Below, piece by piece: positions 18,970 through 34,792 of a stretch of DNA of 64,000 nucleotides. Below the pieces are notes generated by a model. The model made no database searches and was not told the DNA's origin. It saw nothing but the letters and a program-made list of their open reading frames with translations. This DNA comes from the human T2T-CHM13v2.0 reference genome, Homo sapiens, in NCBI RefSeq assembly GCF_009914755.1, contig NC_060938.1. One strand, 5' to 3'. Within the stretch, counting starts at the first letter, position 1. Every line of letters begins with the position of its first letter. The position numbers and the translations under genes were made by a program.

Positions 18970-21145
18970 GTTTTTAAGGTGTTGACCAGTTGAGAATGTC
19001 TTTATTCTAACCTCACAATGATTAATTTCTTGGCCAGGTAGAGAATCTTGTTGGAAATAATGATTCTCAGAATGTTTTTGAAAATTTTATTACATTTTTA
19101 ATAACTGTCTTTTCCTCTTCAATTCACACATCATGCATATACTTTTACCTCAGTGTGTTAGTGAGATGAAACCATGTGTGCTTTTCATAGTGATCTTCTT
19201 GTTTTCTCTCTTCATTTTTGCTTGGTTACCTGGCTGTCTCGTCTACCAATTTTGAAGTGTTTTTTTCCATTGTTTCCTTACTGCTGTGTTGCCCTTGTGG
19301 AGCTCTCCTGATATTTTTATTCCACTTCTTTTGTAGGTGGCTTGTGATTTATTTACTGAATCTTCTTTTTCCTCCTGGTGTGCTGAAATTTAGTAATAAT
19401 GTGACTTGGTGTGATTTTTGTTTTGTTTTGTGTCAATTCGTTGGGTCGGGCACTTGTTGGGTACCTTAAATTTGGAAATTCACATTCTTTAGTTCAGGAA
19501 TTTTACCTGTATTTGTCCTTTCATCATGTCCTTCCATCTGTTTTCTGTTGTGTTTTGTTTTCTTCCTAAAACTTTTATAACTTAGTAGTTGGACTCTGGA
19601 TTTTTTCTTTCGTTTTCTTGAGTTTCCTTAACTTTCTTCTATTTTTCTCCTTTTGTAAGAAATCCTTAATGTTATCTTTTGATCCTTCCAATGAATTTTA
19701 GTATTTTCTTTTTCTCTATTCAATTTTTTAAAAGCATTCTTTCTTTATGGACTCAGTAGCTTTACATTTCTTCAAGGCTGTTAAAATACTTTTAAAAGCT
19801 TACCTGTTTTATTTTTCATACAAATTACAATCTTCATTCTTGTGTTTCTCTTGTTTTTTGTCTTTCACACTAGAGACTTTCCTGAAATAGCTGTTGAAAT
19901 TTAAGAGTAAGCCACTCCTTTATTTAAGAGTAAGCCACTCTAAATTTAAAAAGAGTGTAAATACCCAGTGTTGGTGATGATATGGAGAAACAGGAATTAT
20001 CTAGGATCATTTTGGGGAGACCAAATCGGTACAACATCACTAGGAAAAATGAGCTTGCACATAAAGTTGAAGATATGCATAACCTTTGACCTGGTACCTC
20101 CACTTTTACGTAAAAACCTAACAGAGATGCTTTGCACATGGGCCTGAAGAGACACATACAACAACCCCCAAAGCAACAATAATCGTAATACATAGAAAAT
20201 GGAAGCAAGTGAGATGTCCATCAACATTAGAATAAAAATTTGTTCTTATAAGGGAATGTTATACAATAATGAAAAGGAATGGACTATAATTACCTATCAC
20301 AACATGGATACCTCTCACTAATGTTAAGCAAGAAATGCCTGAAACAATACATAATAGGTATCAATTGATGTCTACATAGGTGTTTACTATGTGATATTTC
20401 ACTGAATACATTTCATTTGTCTTAGGCACTGTTCTGTATGCATGTTATATTTTAAAATGCAAATAGTTTAGGAAAGAATAATGAATTAAAAATGTAGTTG
20501 CAAATTCTATATGCATGGTTGAAGCTGGACAACTTGCAGTCTTTACTGAAGGCCTAATGAGTAGGGATCCAGAAGTTTCCTGGCAGGGAACCCTACATGT
20601 CAATATCTGTTAGTCTTCCTCACCCCCCGGAACTATTCAATTATTCCAGCAAACAATTTACCAATCACTTACCAAGGCAGTAGTTGCCTGTCTGCCTGCA
20701 TTCCTCAGGCAGAGTGTAGAAGAGCGGTAGGGGGCTTGTCATTTAGTGTGCCAATATTAACTCAATCTGCCTGTTTCCAGGAGGGTGCCTTCCCCACCCC
20801 AATCCTCCCTGTGTTTGGAATATCCAGGGTTCAATTTCTCTACCAAATAAGTCCCATTTGTGGACAGGGAGGATGCCTGGGTATATGAGTTTTCCTTATA
20901 TATTTTTTCAAAATAAACATCTTGCTTTCAGCTCCTTGCTTTTCTTTCCTTTTGGGGAGAATAAGTTGCTACCATTTCTCAAGCTTTCTGGTGTTGGTTG
21001 TTATGAAATACTCTGTTTGTTGTTTGCATTCCTCCGGTGTGCATCTGACATTCAGATTTCTTAGGTATTCTATTTTTTCTATTTTTCATCTTCCAAAACT
21101 GTTTTGTTTCCAATTTTCCTTTTTTTGTCTTTGTGGGTTTATTAA
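18970..21145 (-). mobile_element. HAL1/ancient L1 ORF1-like fossil, interrupted by an L1 piece
   Basis: gaatgtctttattctaacctcac...; atttaagagtaagccact then, after the insert, ...gggaaccctacatgtcaatatctgttagtctt, resembling HAL1 as I recall it. Confidence 0.55.
19955..20470 (+). mobile_element. L1ME-type ORF2 3' fragment
   Basis: aatacccagtgttggtgatgatatggagaaacagga...aagttgaagatatgcataacc...aacatggatacctctcac. Confidence 0.7.
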
Positions 21146-21146
21146 T

Positions 21147-21550
21147 ACTATGGGTTGAATTTCACTTCAACCCCCCAACTCCCAATTTATATGTTGAAGT
21201 CCCAACCCAGTACCTTCTGAGGTACTGGGTTAGGACTGACCTTATTTGAAGACAGAATCTTTACAGAGGTAATCAAGTTAAAATGAGGCCACTAGGGTGG
21301 GTCCTAATCCAATGTGATTGGTGTCCTCACATGAAGGAGAAGTTTGGACACACAGACACGCATAAGGAGAGGACCATGCCAAGGAAGGAGGCCTGGAACT
21401 GATCCTGCCCTTCCAGCCCTCAGAAGGAACCAACCCTGTCAATACCTTAATTTTGGACTTCTGTTTCCAGAACTGTGAGACAATGCATTGCTGTTGTTTA
21501 AGCCACCCAGTTTGTGGTACTTTTTTATAGTAGCCCTAGGAAACGAAAAG
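21147..21550 (+). mobile_element. MLT1B/C MaLR solo LTR containing an internal hairpin
   Basis: tatatgttgaagtcc...gaggtaatcaagttaaaatgaggcc...taagccacccagtttgtggtact...agccctaggaaac. Confidence 0.88.
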
Positions 21551-22294
21551 GATGACTTCACAAATTTATTTTTCATTATTATAGTTTCATTTTGGGAAGG
21601 AGCAGAGAAAACACTATGACAGGAAGTTCTGCTAGACATTTTACATATATTATTTAGTGGTGGTATGACTCTCTTTATACATGATAAACTTTCTATAAAG
21701 AATAGATTGAGAATCTGAGTTAAAGTATGCTCTATCCAAACTGTAGGGACCTTATTACTGCACTAACATCTCTCCAACCTTGTTTTTTCATCTTTTGAGT
21801 GTGTTGACATGGATCTTGCTTATGGATTTTGAAAGGACAAAATAAAAGTTTCTTTGAAAGTGTTTTATTTATTGTCAGCTGTATCAATGTTAATTATACT
21901 TATTGTTTAGTATAGGAAAGAAGGAAGAAAAACTGATATTTGTTGTCTTACTATATTCTTATATTGTTCAATTTTGATTTTCAAAATAGCCCTACTGAGG
22001 ATTATAATTATTAAAATTTTAGAGAGCACTGGCTCAGAAAATGGTATAATTTCTCCTAGACTGTAAAGTCAGAAATTGGGCAGATCCCTCACATGAAAAC
22101 TTGGGGGCCATCTTTGTCACACCGTTTGAATTATATGCTCTGCAAGAAGAGAACCAAGTCATTTGGACAGCAAGTGAACCAGATTTAGAGATACTCCAGA
22201 GAACGGGCTCCTCCATTGCGGTAACTGCCTTCCAGAGGCTCTGCTATTGGTTTGTGATGGTTTCACTGATCTAATGAACTTCAGTGCTAGGTAC

Positions 22295-22446
22295 TTTCAT
22301 ACGCAATGTGTTGTCCACAGATGAACAGCATCAGTATCACCTCAGGCAAAACTGCTAGCCTCTCTCCAAACTTTCTGAATTGGAGTCTACATTTTAACAG
22401 GATTCTCCAGGTGATTTGGATGCACAATAAAACTTGAAGAGACACT
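22295..22446. mobile_element. MER5-family MITE
   Basis: cagcatcagtatcacct...ttttaacaggattctccaggtgatttggatgcacaataaaacttga. Confidence 0.65.
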
Positions 22447-25203
22447 TAGGTTAACTCATTAGGTGGATTGAGAGCTGAATTAATATCAACTGAACCTTGT
22501 TCTGCAGGAGCCTCTCTTTTTCTTTGCTCATTGTCAGTTCTCTGTGGTTTCCTGTTTTCCGTCGATCTGTCACTGGTACTTTTCATTATCTTACTCTCTT
22601 TTACTCAATTCCTTCAGTGACTTACTAAGGTAACTGTGCATAACCTCCCTTGAAAAAGTCATTTCTGACAATATCCTCCACACGGCAGCCCTCTCTAGCC
22701 ACCAGACTCACTGTTTTGTCGCATGCTGTGTTTCTCTGAATGTTAAGCAGCACAAGTAATTTGGGGTCTCCCTTTTAGTTCACCACCTGTCATGTATGTG
22801 TGTGAAAAGTTCTCATCTTAAACTCCGCAGTCAACTCTCCTCATTAAAGCTCCTCCTAAAGGAGAAATAACCTGAGTTCTTCACTATGAGGAATCTTAAA
22901 TACAATTCTTGACAAACTGGAGCAGAGCTTGATATCCTTAAGTTCTCATTTCTTTTCATCTCTCTAGCTCGGGGTGTGGAAAATGGCACCTGTACCATCA
23001 ATGTTTGTTGAATGATTAATTCCAAATAGTCGGGTATTTTTCTAACTCTTAATAAGCTGTGAGATAGGATGGCATCTTCTTCAGCTGTGACTTCTCGGTG
23101 ACTGTTTTCTGATTCAATAACTCTACATGAGTGGGCTCCAGTATTCGTACAAAGATATCGATATGACAAATACCAAGGGCCACATGGAATTGCTTCATCT
23201 TGGTCTAGGACAAGTAGTTTGTGTGGCATGGTGGAGGTAAATTGAATGTGTTTTATGAGCCTTGTCTCCTTTTTATCCGAGGTAGTTCAATTCTGAATGA
23301 CAAGAAAAGCTGTATTTAGTGTGAGTTCTTATTTGGATCAGTTTCCTGGAAAGGTTACACGTACTCAAACCTGTGAACCTTCTGATGTTTAAATTCCTTT
23401 GCATCCCTTCCTCTATCTGAAGAATAAGAGATACAATATAGGCTGAGTTAGAAAATGAATGAATCTACAAAGGGTCTTCAGGGATAGTGGAAGGCACATC
23501 TTATTTAGTGAAGAACAGTTTTTAGTGCATTATTCATGGTCTCCAGCCCACCTCTAATAGCAGTACTTTATTAATGAGATTAAAACCATATATTTAAATT
23601 TCCCCATTGTACAATTCTTCCCAAGTTCAGTTTCGTCATGTATATATATAATGTGTGATTGAAAATTCTGTAGGTGAGAACCCACAAAACAAAGCTGAAG
23701 ATTTATGAGGCTTTGGAATCCTTTCAAAAAGGATCAGGTGTTTGTGAAACATCTTAGTTTTATTTTTATGCTCTTCTCCAAAGCCTGTTTTAGGAAATTA
23801 CATCTTGAAATTTCAGTGCAAATATAAAAGCAAAATCCTTTCTCCTTGAAACTGTATAATAAAACCTGGTACAGTTGTCATCAAAGGAAAATACCAGAGG
23901 CAGGAACATAGAGAGGAAATTCAATGTGGACAGAAATAGAGCCCATAAAAAGAAATCTTGGTCTTAGGGTATTTGTCGGGAGATTTGATACTCTGAACCT
24001 GGTATTTAAACAAAATTCCAGACCTCTTAATTCTATGAATTTACAGCACATCCATTGTCACATCCTTTCTTTTTGATCTTTGTTAGGATCTCATGTGCCC
24101 AGTACTTCCACCCTGTACCTTCTCTCCTTCTGATTCCTGAACTCATCTGTTCCTCCTTCACTGCTACTTTCCCCACTTTGGCATGGCTTGGCTTCACCCA
24201 GAATCTAAATAAGAGAATGAGTTTTAAGTTTTGCAAAACATAACCAGATTTATTTCTGATCTAAAATTTCACATTTCCAACTGGGAATCTAGCTCCTATG
24301 CGGAAAACTGACACTTTTGCCTCTGGTGAAATTATGAAATTTTATGAATTTGCCACAGGCAAAGTTTGCTGTTTCTGCAGAGCCTAAATATCTTTATTTT
24401 TTGGCATCAAAAACCAATGTTCGTGATATTCTACTAATAAAAAAATTCCCTGCAATTTTTGTTTATTGCAGTGTTGTAAATTTTTCTTAAACAACAAGAC
24501 TTTTGGAAGAACCCTTTCAAATGTCTCTACCTTCCCTTTCCAACATTTAAGGCAATAGACAGAATGGACTCCTTTCTATATTTACTGAACATCTACTCTG
24601 TGCAAAGCAGTGGTAGTAATAGACTGTATTTCTTTAATTATTTTATGGCAGTGACCTATTCTGTTTGGAAGAATGATCAATATATCATTTTCTTACATTT
24701 CTTCCCACCTAGCTTTGTAATTTTTTCTCTTTTCTTTTTCTTTTTTGCATTATGAAAGTCTATCACACTGACCTAATGAGTTTAGATACAACTGAAATGT
24801 GGTGTTTGGGGTGTTTGCTTTGTAACCTTGATTTTTGTGGGTAGTCTAAAGACATACTTGGACACCCAACAACAAGTCAAGCCATGAACTATTGCTGAGA
24901 CCTAAATGGTGCCACATGTCTTTAGGAAATCTTCCTTTCTAGCCACACTCATCACAAACTCCAAAAAATTTATTTGGCATAGGTCTTACTTGAACTTTTG
25001 GCTTAGCTTTAACATTTAAGCAGCATAGACTGCAACCAAGTTTTGGTTTAGCTTTATATTTAAGCAACATACTCGCCCCCCCGCCCCCAAGTAATTTTTT
25101 GCCTAATCTTTCCTTCATTTGATTTTGAAATAAGATTACAATGCAAATACCATTGGAACAGGCACCATAATCTTATTGCTATTATTTATTAGGATTATGC
25201 AAG

Positions 25204-25205
<2 letters not shown>

Positions 25206-25236
<31 letters not shown>

Positions 25237-25525
25237 AGACAAGGTCTTGCTCTGTTACCCAGGCTGGAGTGCAGTGGCATGATCATGGCTCACTGCAGCC
25301 TTGATCCTCCTGGGCTCAAACAACCCTCCCACCTCAGCCTCCAGAGTAGCTGGGATTAAAGGCATGAGTCACTATACCCAGCTTTTTTTTTTTTCTTGGT
25401 AGAGACAGGGTCTTGCTATGTTGCCTAGGCTGTTCTTAAACTACTAGGCTCAAGTAATCCTCCCATCTCAGCCCATCCCAGCCTCCCAAAGTGCTAGGAT
25501 AACAGGTGTAAGCCACCAGGCCCAA
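25206..25525 (-). mobile_element. AluJ inserted at/in a MIR
   Basis: gatcatggctcactgcagccttga, ctcccacctcagcc and gggtcttgctatgttgccta are J-type diagnostics; ~30-nt polyT. Confidence 0.93.
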
Positions 25526-25544
25526 CTTCAAAGCTATTTTTAAT

Positions 25545-25712
25545 TACTTCATTAATCCTCATGGAAAAACCTCTGCAGTAGGTGTGATCCCCATTTCAGG
25601 TAAGTAACCTGAAGCCTAGATGAGTTAACTAACATGCTCTGAGTCACACATTGAGGCATGGTAAAACTGGGATTTAAATATAGGCTTTCTGGTGCCAGTA
25701 TTAACCAATATC
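25545..25712 (-). mobile_element. MIR
   Basis: cattaatcctca...atccccatttcagg...gtcacac...ctgggatttaaa. Confidence 0.75.
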
Positions 25713-27944
25713 AGTACTTCCAAGTAGTGATTAAATTCTTTCTGATACAGATTACTTATGCACCAGATGTATTTAAAATCCAGCTTTGTGGGTATTGTGA
25801 ACAGGGAGGAAGGCAAAAGAATGAGACAACTACATTACCAAAGGGAAGAAGAGGATAATCAGAGAGGAAAAGGCCCAGGGTATAAAAGGTTTTCTGGTCA
25901 ACATGTTTACTAGGACTGATCCTGGGCACAAGGCCAAGTGTTGTCTCTTGCTTGTTAAGAACAATTACCAATTATCCATATGAATAGGCAAGTGGTGTAG
26001 CAAATTCAATAGAAATGATTTTGTATTCTTTTCCATTTTCTAGCACCTTTTGCTCATGTATCCTGTCTTCTAGAAGAACTAGAGAAGATAAAAATATATT
26101 TCTTTTAAGAAGTTGTCAATCATGACAATGCAATGCCTGAATGACATGACAAAGGAAAAGATGGGAAATACCAGAGTTGTAGTTGATATGTGACTGATTT
26201 ATCATGCCAATTAGAAACTCTTGTAAATTTAATGTTTTAGAAATGATTTATAGTTGAATTATGATTCATTGGTGGGATTTTTTTTCCAAAAAAATACCTA
26301 TGTGTTTTGTATTTATGCATAGAGTGAGATCCAAAGGTTGTTCTATTTGTTTTCCATCCCTGGGGTGAAATAGGTTTCTCCCAACCTCTGTCTTTATTCT
26401 TCAGCATTTACTTCTATGTGACTCATTCTGCATTTTCCACCTCACACCCAGCATTTGCAAGTTTCCTATCTCTGAGCAGCAATTCTCTGCTGCTATTCGA
26501 TATCACCATTCTCTGCTTATATTCTTGGAAGCTGTTAGAGCAGTTTGTACAGCTGTACCCTGTGTTTTCCAATCAAGAGAGGCTAGGGAATATATTAATG
26601 AACTTTCCACATAAATCCAGTGAACATGCCCAGGTAAGGATCATATGACTTGAATTTCTATTTTCACTTCTTGACACAAGTTTGTTAGCCAGGCAAATGT
26701 GTCAATCTGGGTATCATCTGTGTTAGTACTGTACTTCCCCTGATTTTTGGATTTTATTTTCAAATATTTTGCCAGAGTCAATTAAGGCAGAGCTTTGTTT
26801 TTGAAACAGTAGAGTGTTCTGGCCAAAATTATGCAGGATGAGAGTGCCAGGCACAGAGTTCCCAACTAAATTTATTTCTAATGAAAAGATAACAAGTAGG
26901 CATATGAAATGCTTTTGAGAGGAGTGCCTGCCGCATAACCATCAGGCAGAGCTCATCCACCAGTCTGGAAGGGTTTCAGATCTCCCTGTACCTGTATACT
27001 CGCAGAGTGGGAAAAGAAAAAACTCTATGGCTGAGGACAAGGTAAAGGGGTGAGATAGAATGACTAAGAGACACTGTGGCAGGAGATAGAAAATCACCAA
27101 CTGTTGTGGGTTTAGAGGACCAAGTTCAGAACCAACATTGCAAGGCATCAGACAGAAAAAAAGTGAAATACCAGCACTATTACTAGTAAAGCTGAACTGG
27201 AGAAGTTGGCTTGGATGTGAGGCTACAGTGAACTTCCTAACACTGTTAGCATTCTTGACCTAAATCAAAATTAGATTCACATAATGAGTCACAGGCAGTA
27301 CTGAACAACCTCAGGCCTCCTTCACAAAGGCAGAATTTGCCCCTGCAAGATTGCCACATCAAGGAGCAGACTAACCCTCTAAAGGAGAGAAGGACGGGGT
27401 GGCTGGGCTGGGCTGGGTGTCCAGTGTCTTCTCCCAAACTGATCTATGAGACCCCTTTCTCCTTTCTTGAAGGAGAGAGTAGGGAATGGAGAGAAAGATA
27501 AGGAATGTTATTTCACCAGAGACTCCTCCACAGGGAGACAGGAGGCAAGATTGTGACACCAACTGCAAGGCTTATTCATGACGTAGTGACACCTTTTTAA
27601 CTTTACTGTGAAGCCAAAACTACTTAGTATGGCACAGCTAACAAGACTGTAAAACGTTTCACATCTGTAGCTTTTTCTAGTGTTTTCTGGTATCTCAGTC
27701 TCACCTTGTCCTCTCTGCTACTCAAAACCCTGTGTTTCAAACACACTGAACTACTTGCAGTGCTAGGAGCACCTTCATTTCCTTTGTTTGGAATGCGCTT
27801 CCTGTCTCCTTCCCCGATACTTCCTCTCAGTCTGCCCACCTCACTTGCTTTTGGTAGCATTTCAGTGCTAGTCTTAATTGTCCTCTCCTTTGGAGAACCT
27901 TCTTTGATCTATGCCCTGTAATCCTTTGGAGTTCCCCTTATTCC

Positions 27945-28440
27945 TGTGGCAGATGCTGCTAGTTGTCAACCCAGTTGTATTTCTCCGCTTCTTCCTCATT
28001 TATTAGTAGAACATATTGAGGCACAACTAAAATACTTCTCTCCGCTACCTTCTTGGTAGGAGTGACTGACCCATTTCTGGCCATTGAAATGTAGAAATTT
28101 CTAGACAGAGCTTCTGGGAAAACTTTTTGAAGGGAGATGTTTGACTGCTATGCTTCTCTTTGCCTTCATCTCTTGCTCCTTTTTCCCCTAGAGTGTGAAT
28201 AGGATGTATAGTTCTAGTTATGCCATTTTGTGACCAAGAAGATGAAAGCCATATCCTAAAAGATGATGGATTAAAAGGTGAGAAGACCTTAATGCCATGA
28301 TTAGGACATGAATCAGTCCCTGGCCTGACTTACCCCAGCTTTCTTGTTAAATGAGGCAAATCACTTCCTCTATTCTGAACCCACAGTTAATTGGGGTTTC
28401 TTAACAGAAAATGCAGCCAAATGCGTTACTGACCAATGAT
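27945..28440 (+). mobile_element. Old MLT1 (J/K-type) LTR
   Basis: tgtggcagatgctgctagttg...ttctggccattgaaatgtag...gccattttgtgacca...ttcttgttaaatgag...gcagccaaatgc. Confidence 0.7.
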
Positions 28441-28482
28441 CTACCTATCATGTGTTTTTAGTTGCTGCTTATTTTTTGGTTT

Positions 28483-28787
28483 TCTTTTCTTTTTTTCTTT
28501 TTTTTGAGACAGAGTCTTGCTCTGTCACCCAGGCTGGAAGGCAGTGGTGTGATCTTGGCTCACTGCAACCTCTGCCTCCTGGGTTCAAGAGATTCTCATG
28601 CCTCAGCCTCCCGAGTAGCTGAGATCACAGGCATGTGGCACCGTGCCAGCCTAATTTTTGTAGTTTTTGTAGAGATGGGGTTTCACCATGTTGGCCAGGC
28701 TGGTCTCAAACTCCTGACCTTAATTGATCCACCTACCTCAGCCTCCCAAAGTGCTGGGATCACAGGAGTGAGCCACAGCGCCTGGCC
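28483..28787 (-). mobile_element. AluSz/Sx
   Basis: Full antisense Alu; imperfect TSD tattttttggttttc / tatttttcagtttt. Confidence 0.95.
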
Positions 28788-30831
28788 TATTTTTCAGTTT
28801 TCATAACTAGTTGGTGAGCAATTTGAGATAAGGGATTATGCTGTATTTATTTGTTTTTTCAGCACCAAGCATGCTCCCTAGCACATAGCAGGCACTCCAA
28901 ACATCTTTTTTTGAATCCATGATATTTATAATGTTAGTACAAAAGCCAATTTTCTCTATGCTGGTGATCGTAACTACAATTATTAATATTACACTTATAT
29001 CCATAAAACTAATAACTCTCAAGCAGCTGAGAATAATTCACTGCAATAAGGTATGAATTTAAAATCATAAGACCGATTTTTTTTATGTGTGGTCTGTTAT
29101 CAGCCTCACAATTTGATATAAAACCTATCACTGTTGAATCTAATAGGGAGAATATTGGCAGAAATCACAGTAAATGAAAGAAAGACAAGATTTGGCTCAT
29201 AATATTACATGTATTATTTGAATTAAATGAATTTGGACTTTTCTGGGGGAATTTGAATAAGTTTAATTATTAACTTTATATAGAGAGTGTTGATTACAGA
29301 CATTTTCCCGTCACCCCCACAGAAAAGCTAAATGAATGAATTCCTTTTCTCTTTAATAGTTGGTGCTATACACACATACATGACATAAAATCTTGAGCCA
29401 CATTTTAAGTTTATTTTCTTTGCTCAGAACTAGCAAGCATGAAACATAATTCTTTTGGACAATGACTTCTGTGTTCAGCTGGTAGCAAATGCAGCCTCAG
29501 GATTAATTACACATGAGTCTTTATCACACTGGACAAAGGTTACTCTTACAGCATGTTCATGAAGGGCATGTTTGATGGTTTAGTGAGGAGATCGATTTTC
29601 AATGAGGCCCTTAAGCAGGATGCTTTTCCTTTCAATTTCATTCTTAGGGCACACAATGCTGTTGAAGCCATCAGAGTACCAGGATGCTGATCTCCACGGC
29701 AAGTGCCTGAGCAGAGGGAGCTCAGTGAAGAGGAACTGCTCCAGCACTACACAGGCATTCTTGGTATTACCTACTCAATAATCACGGATTGTACACTAAG
29801 CAAGTGCATAAGGACAGGCTTCGATGTAGTAATAGAGGCCCCAACATAAGAAACTGGCATCTCAATGAAGAGCATAGCTCACTTGGGGCAAGAATAATGA
29901 GAAACATACAAGTTAGATTGATATAGAGACAATTACCCTAGCAATGCTCCCTGAGTGGTGATGAGCTCCAATCTGATCTTTGAATCTATTCTAAATCCTT
30001 TTAGGTCACTTTATGTAAAGTGCATATAATTAGCCTTGCAATTATCATTAGAGAATGATAGATTGCTCTTCTCAACAAAGCCTTTAATTATATTTAAAAA
30101 GTTCCCTGTTAAAATCATTCTAGGTTCTTTGTGTGGGTACCTGGACCAAGTATCTCCTGCATGATAATTAGCACTAAGGTATAGAAGCCCAATATGGGGC
30201 AAATCAGGTGAGGATGTCATCTGGCATGAAGCCCATTTTTTAGAATGTATGCTATGAATTGCTAAAAGCAGTAGATTATCGTGAGACTATTGTTTATTTT
30301 TCTCTTAACCATTACTTTTGGTGAGCCAATCCCAACACATATTACAATTCATAATAGCTCTAAAAATTTGTAGCAATCTTAAATAAAATTGTTGAAAGAC
30401 TTATTGCAGAAGTACTTGAAACGTGATTCATTTTTTTTATTGAGGAGAACTAGAATTTTATTTTTTTCACCAATGGGGTGAAAAAAGATAAAGGACAGTG
30501 ATGGATGGCAATCTTTTCTGGAGTGTTTTACTTATCACATCCCCTTGGCTATAAGTGATGGATAACATTTTAAGAGTTCAGATATTAATGGGTTAGAGTT
30601 AAAAAAAAAATTGAGTGTATTTGTGTGTACATGTGGATTGCATGCTAAGATGGAAGTGGAATCACCATGCCCTTCTTATATGTAGTGTCACTAAATATCA
30701 TTTATTGCAGATCTGAGTAACATTGACTAATTTTGTCTTTCTGCTGAGAAATAACCATGATCCTTGAAAGTTGGACAGAATATCTGATGATTACTAGTTT
30801 AGAGTTGAAAAGCTAAATGCTTGTCATTTTA

Positions 30832-33020
<2,189 letters not shown>

Positions 33021-34792
33021 GCTTGTTATTTTAGAGTGAGTTAGACAAGTATTTTTTTTTACGTAAAGGATTATGCAAATAATAAAATGGGTTTTCCTGA
33101 TTAGTCCCACTGACTTTGAGAGGGAATAATCAAGCATTCAGACTCATCAATGTCAGCATGCCATTGGGTCATTCTTTCAAGACACCTGGCCTACCTAGTG
33201 GGCCAAACAGGTATCACAGGCAGTGCCTACCTGGGCTTCTCCTTTCAGCTCCTGCCTTTCTGAAACAGACGTACACTGCCTCCCTGTTGCCTTGGAGCTG
33301 TCTCAGAAGTTGGGCTCTCTTCTCTCAAGTCTACGCCTTACTTGCCTTTTCTCTGTTTGGGCAACCCTTTTGAAACCTCCACTTTTGCAAAATTCCTCCT
33401 TTATTTTTATTCCTGCACCTTCAGGGTGGCTTATGATGCCTTAATTAACGTTTTTATCTAGTCACAATTGTGACTGCTTTCCAGGGCCATGGTAGGAGGG
33501 GCATTTTATAAATAAAGTGATTATTCCCTCAAAATCAAACCCGGCAAGATTTAGCCTCCTTTGTGTGGGTCTGATGCTTTCTTAGAGGCATCCCCTTAGC
33601 CGAAATCTACATCTGGCCGAGCACTTCCTTGCACTTGTGTGGGGGAGGGGTCAAATTGCACAACCTGTTTACTTGAGTTGGGTGACATCCTTAGGTTGCT
33701 GGTGGGTGGCATCACAGCTGTTATTTGGAAGCTGCCTCAGTAGGGAAGCAATGGCCTTAAACAGAACAGAACAAATTGTACCAAAATTGAAAAATAGTAC
33801 AATTGACAAATCTATTCAGCAGCAGAATTAATAGCCATAGAGCCTGAACTAGGTCACTGACAACCCACCTCACTTGGTTAGGATGGCCTCACGATTTTCT
33901 TTAATTTGTGCCATTGCAAGTTTTCAAATGCTATTAGATACAGGTGACACAGAGAAAGCATGGATTCACGGCTTCTCTGCTCCCTAGCAAAGGCACTACA
34001 TCTCCCAAGCACAGCAATACAGGTTACAAGTCTGACAGGTCTCAGCAGCTCCAAAAATTGAATGTGGAAGCTACATTTTGCGAGATCACCATATTTCATT
34101 TTGCTTTATTTTAGAACTGTGAAAATAATCTCAGCATCAGCACTCCTCACTTACAGGAGGGAAGAGGCTTATGTCAGTGAATGTTGGCTACGTAATTGAG
34201 CTTGGTTTTTAATTATAAAGAAGGGTCATGGGACAGGGAAGTAACTGTCACTGCAGTGCCCCCTTCTCCATTGAGTTCTGCCCTTTTTGGCAAACACTGC
34301 ATCCGGTACAAAGGCTCTGGCTGAGTTATTAATCATGTTTGTCAGGCAAGCTACAATAATCTGCTGCCTAGAAACAAAGCAAAGTACGGAGTTGCAGTCA
34401 GGAAGCAATGATAAAACACTTGATACCTCTCACTTTCAGACTCTGATCCTGCTAAGGATTAATTTTTTTCATCTCCATTTAATTAAAGGGGTTAAAAATT
34501 AAAGGAAGTGATTTCAAAGTTGTCTCATGCTCTCAGTTGTTTATGTCCTTGATTACAAAAAAATGGGCAGCATGAAGGCTGGCAGAGCTGTTTGGATGTA
34601 GGGCACATTGCTCTGGGCTGCTGAAGAAAGAAGGGCCCAGGGCTTCCACAGATGAGAAAAGGGGGAATGTGTATCTGGACTTTCACATCTGATTCCCATC
34701 CCTTCTGTCTTTTGCTAAGGGGAAGGAGGGGGGCTCTGCTAGTCTATCATACTCCATTTCCTGCAAACTGAGTCAAGGAGAAGAATATCTAC

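Larger units (their letters stand above)
27690..28922 (+). mobile_element. L2 remnant hosting a nested MLT1 and Alu
   Basis: cacactgaactacttgcag...tggaatgcgcttcc on the left; cctagcacatagcaggcactccaaacatcttttttgaat (L2 3' end) on the right. Confidence 0.6.

Noticed and set aside
24996-25071. CRISPR-like repeat-spacer pattern
   Set aside because: Only two diverged copies, eukaryotic context, no cas genes
28462-28806. 114-aa ORF (likewise 2321-2606, 8247-8504, 37522-37776)
   Set aside because: Typical Alu-derived translations
34251-34272. CTCF-like motif ctgcagtgcccccttctcc
   Set aside because: Only a partial core match; not supportable without ChIP data
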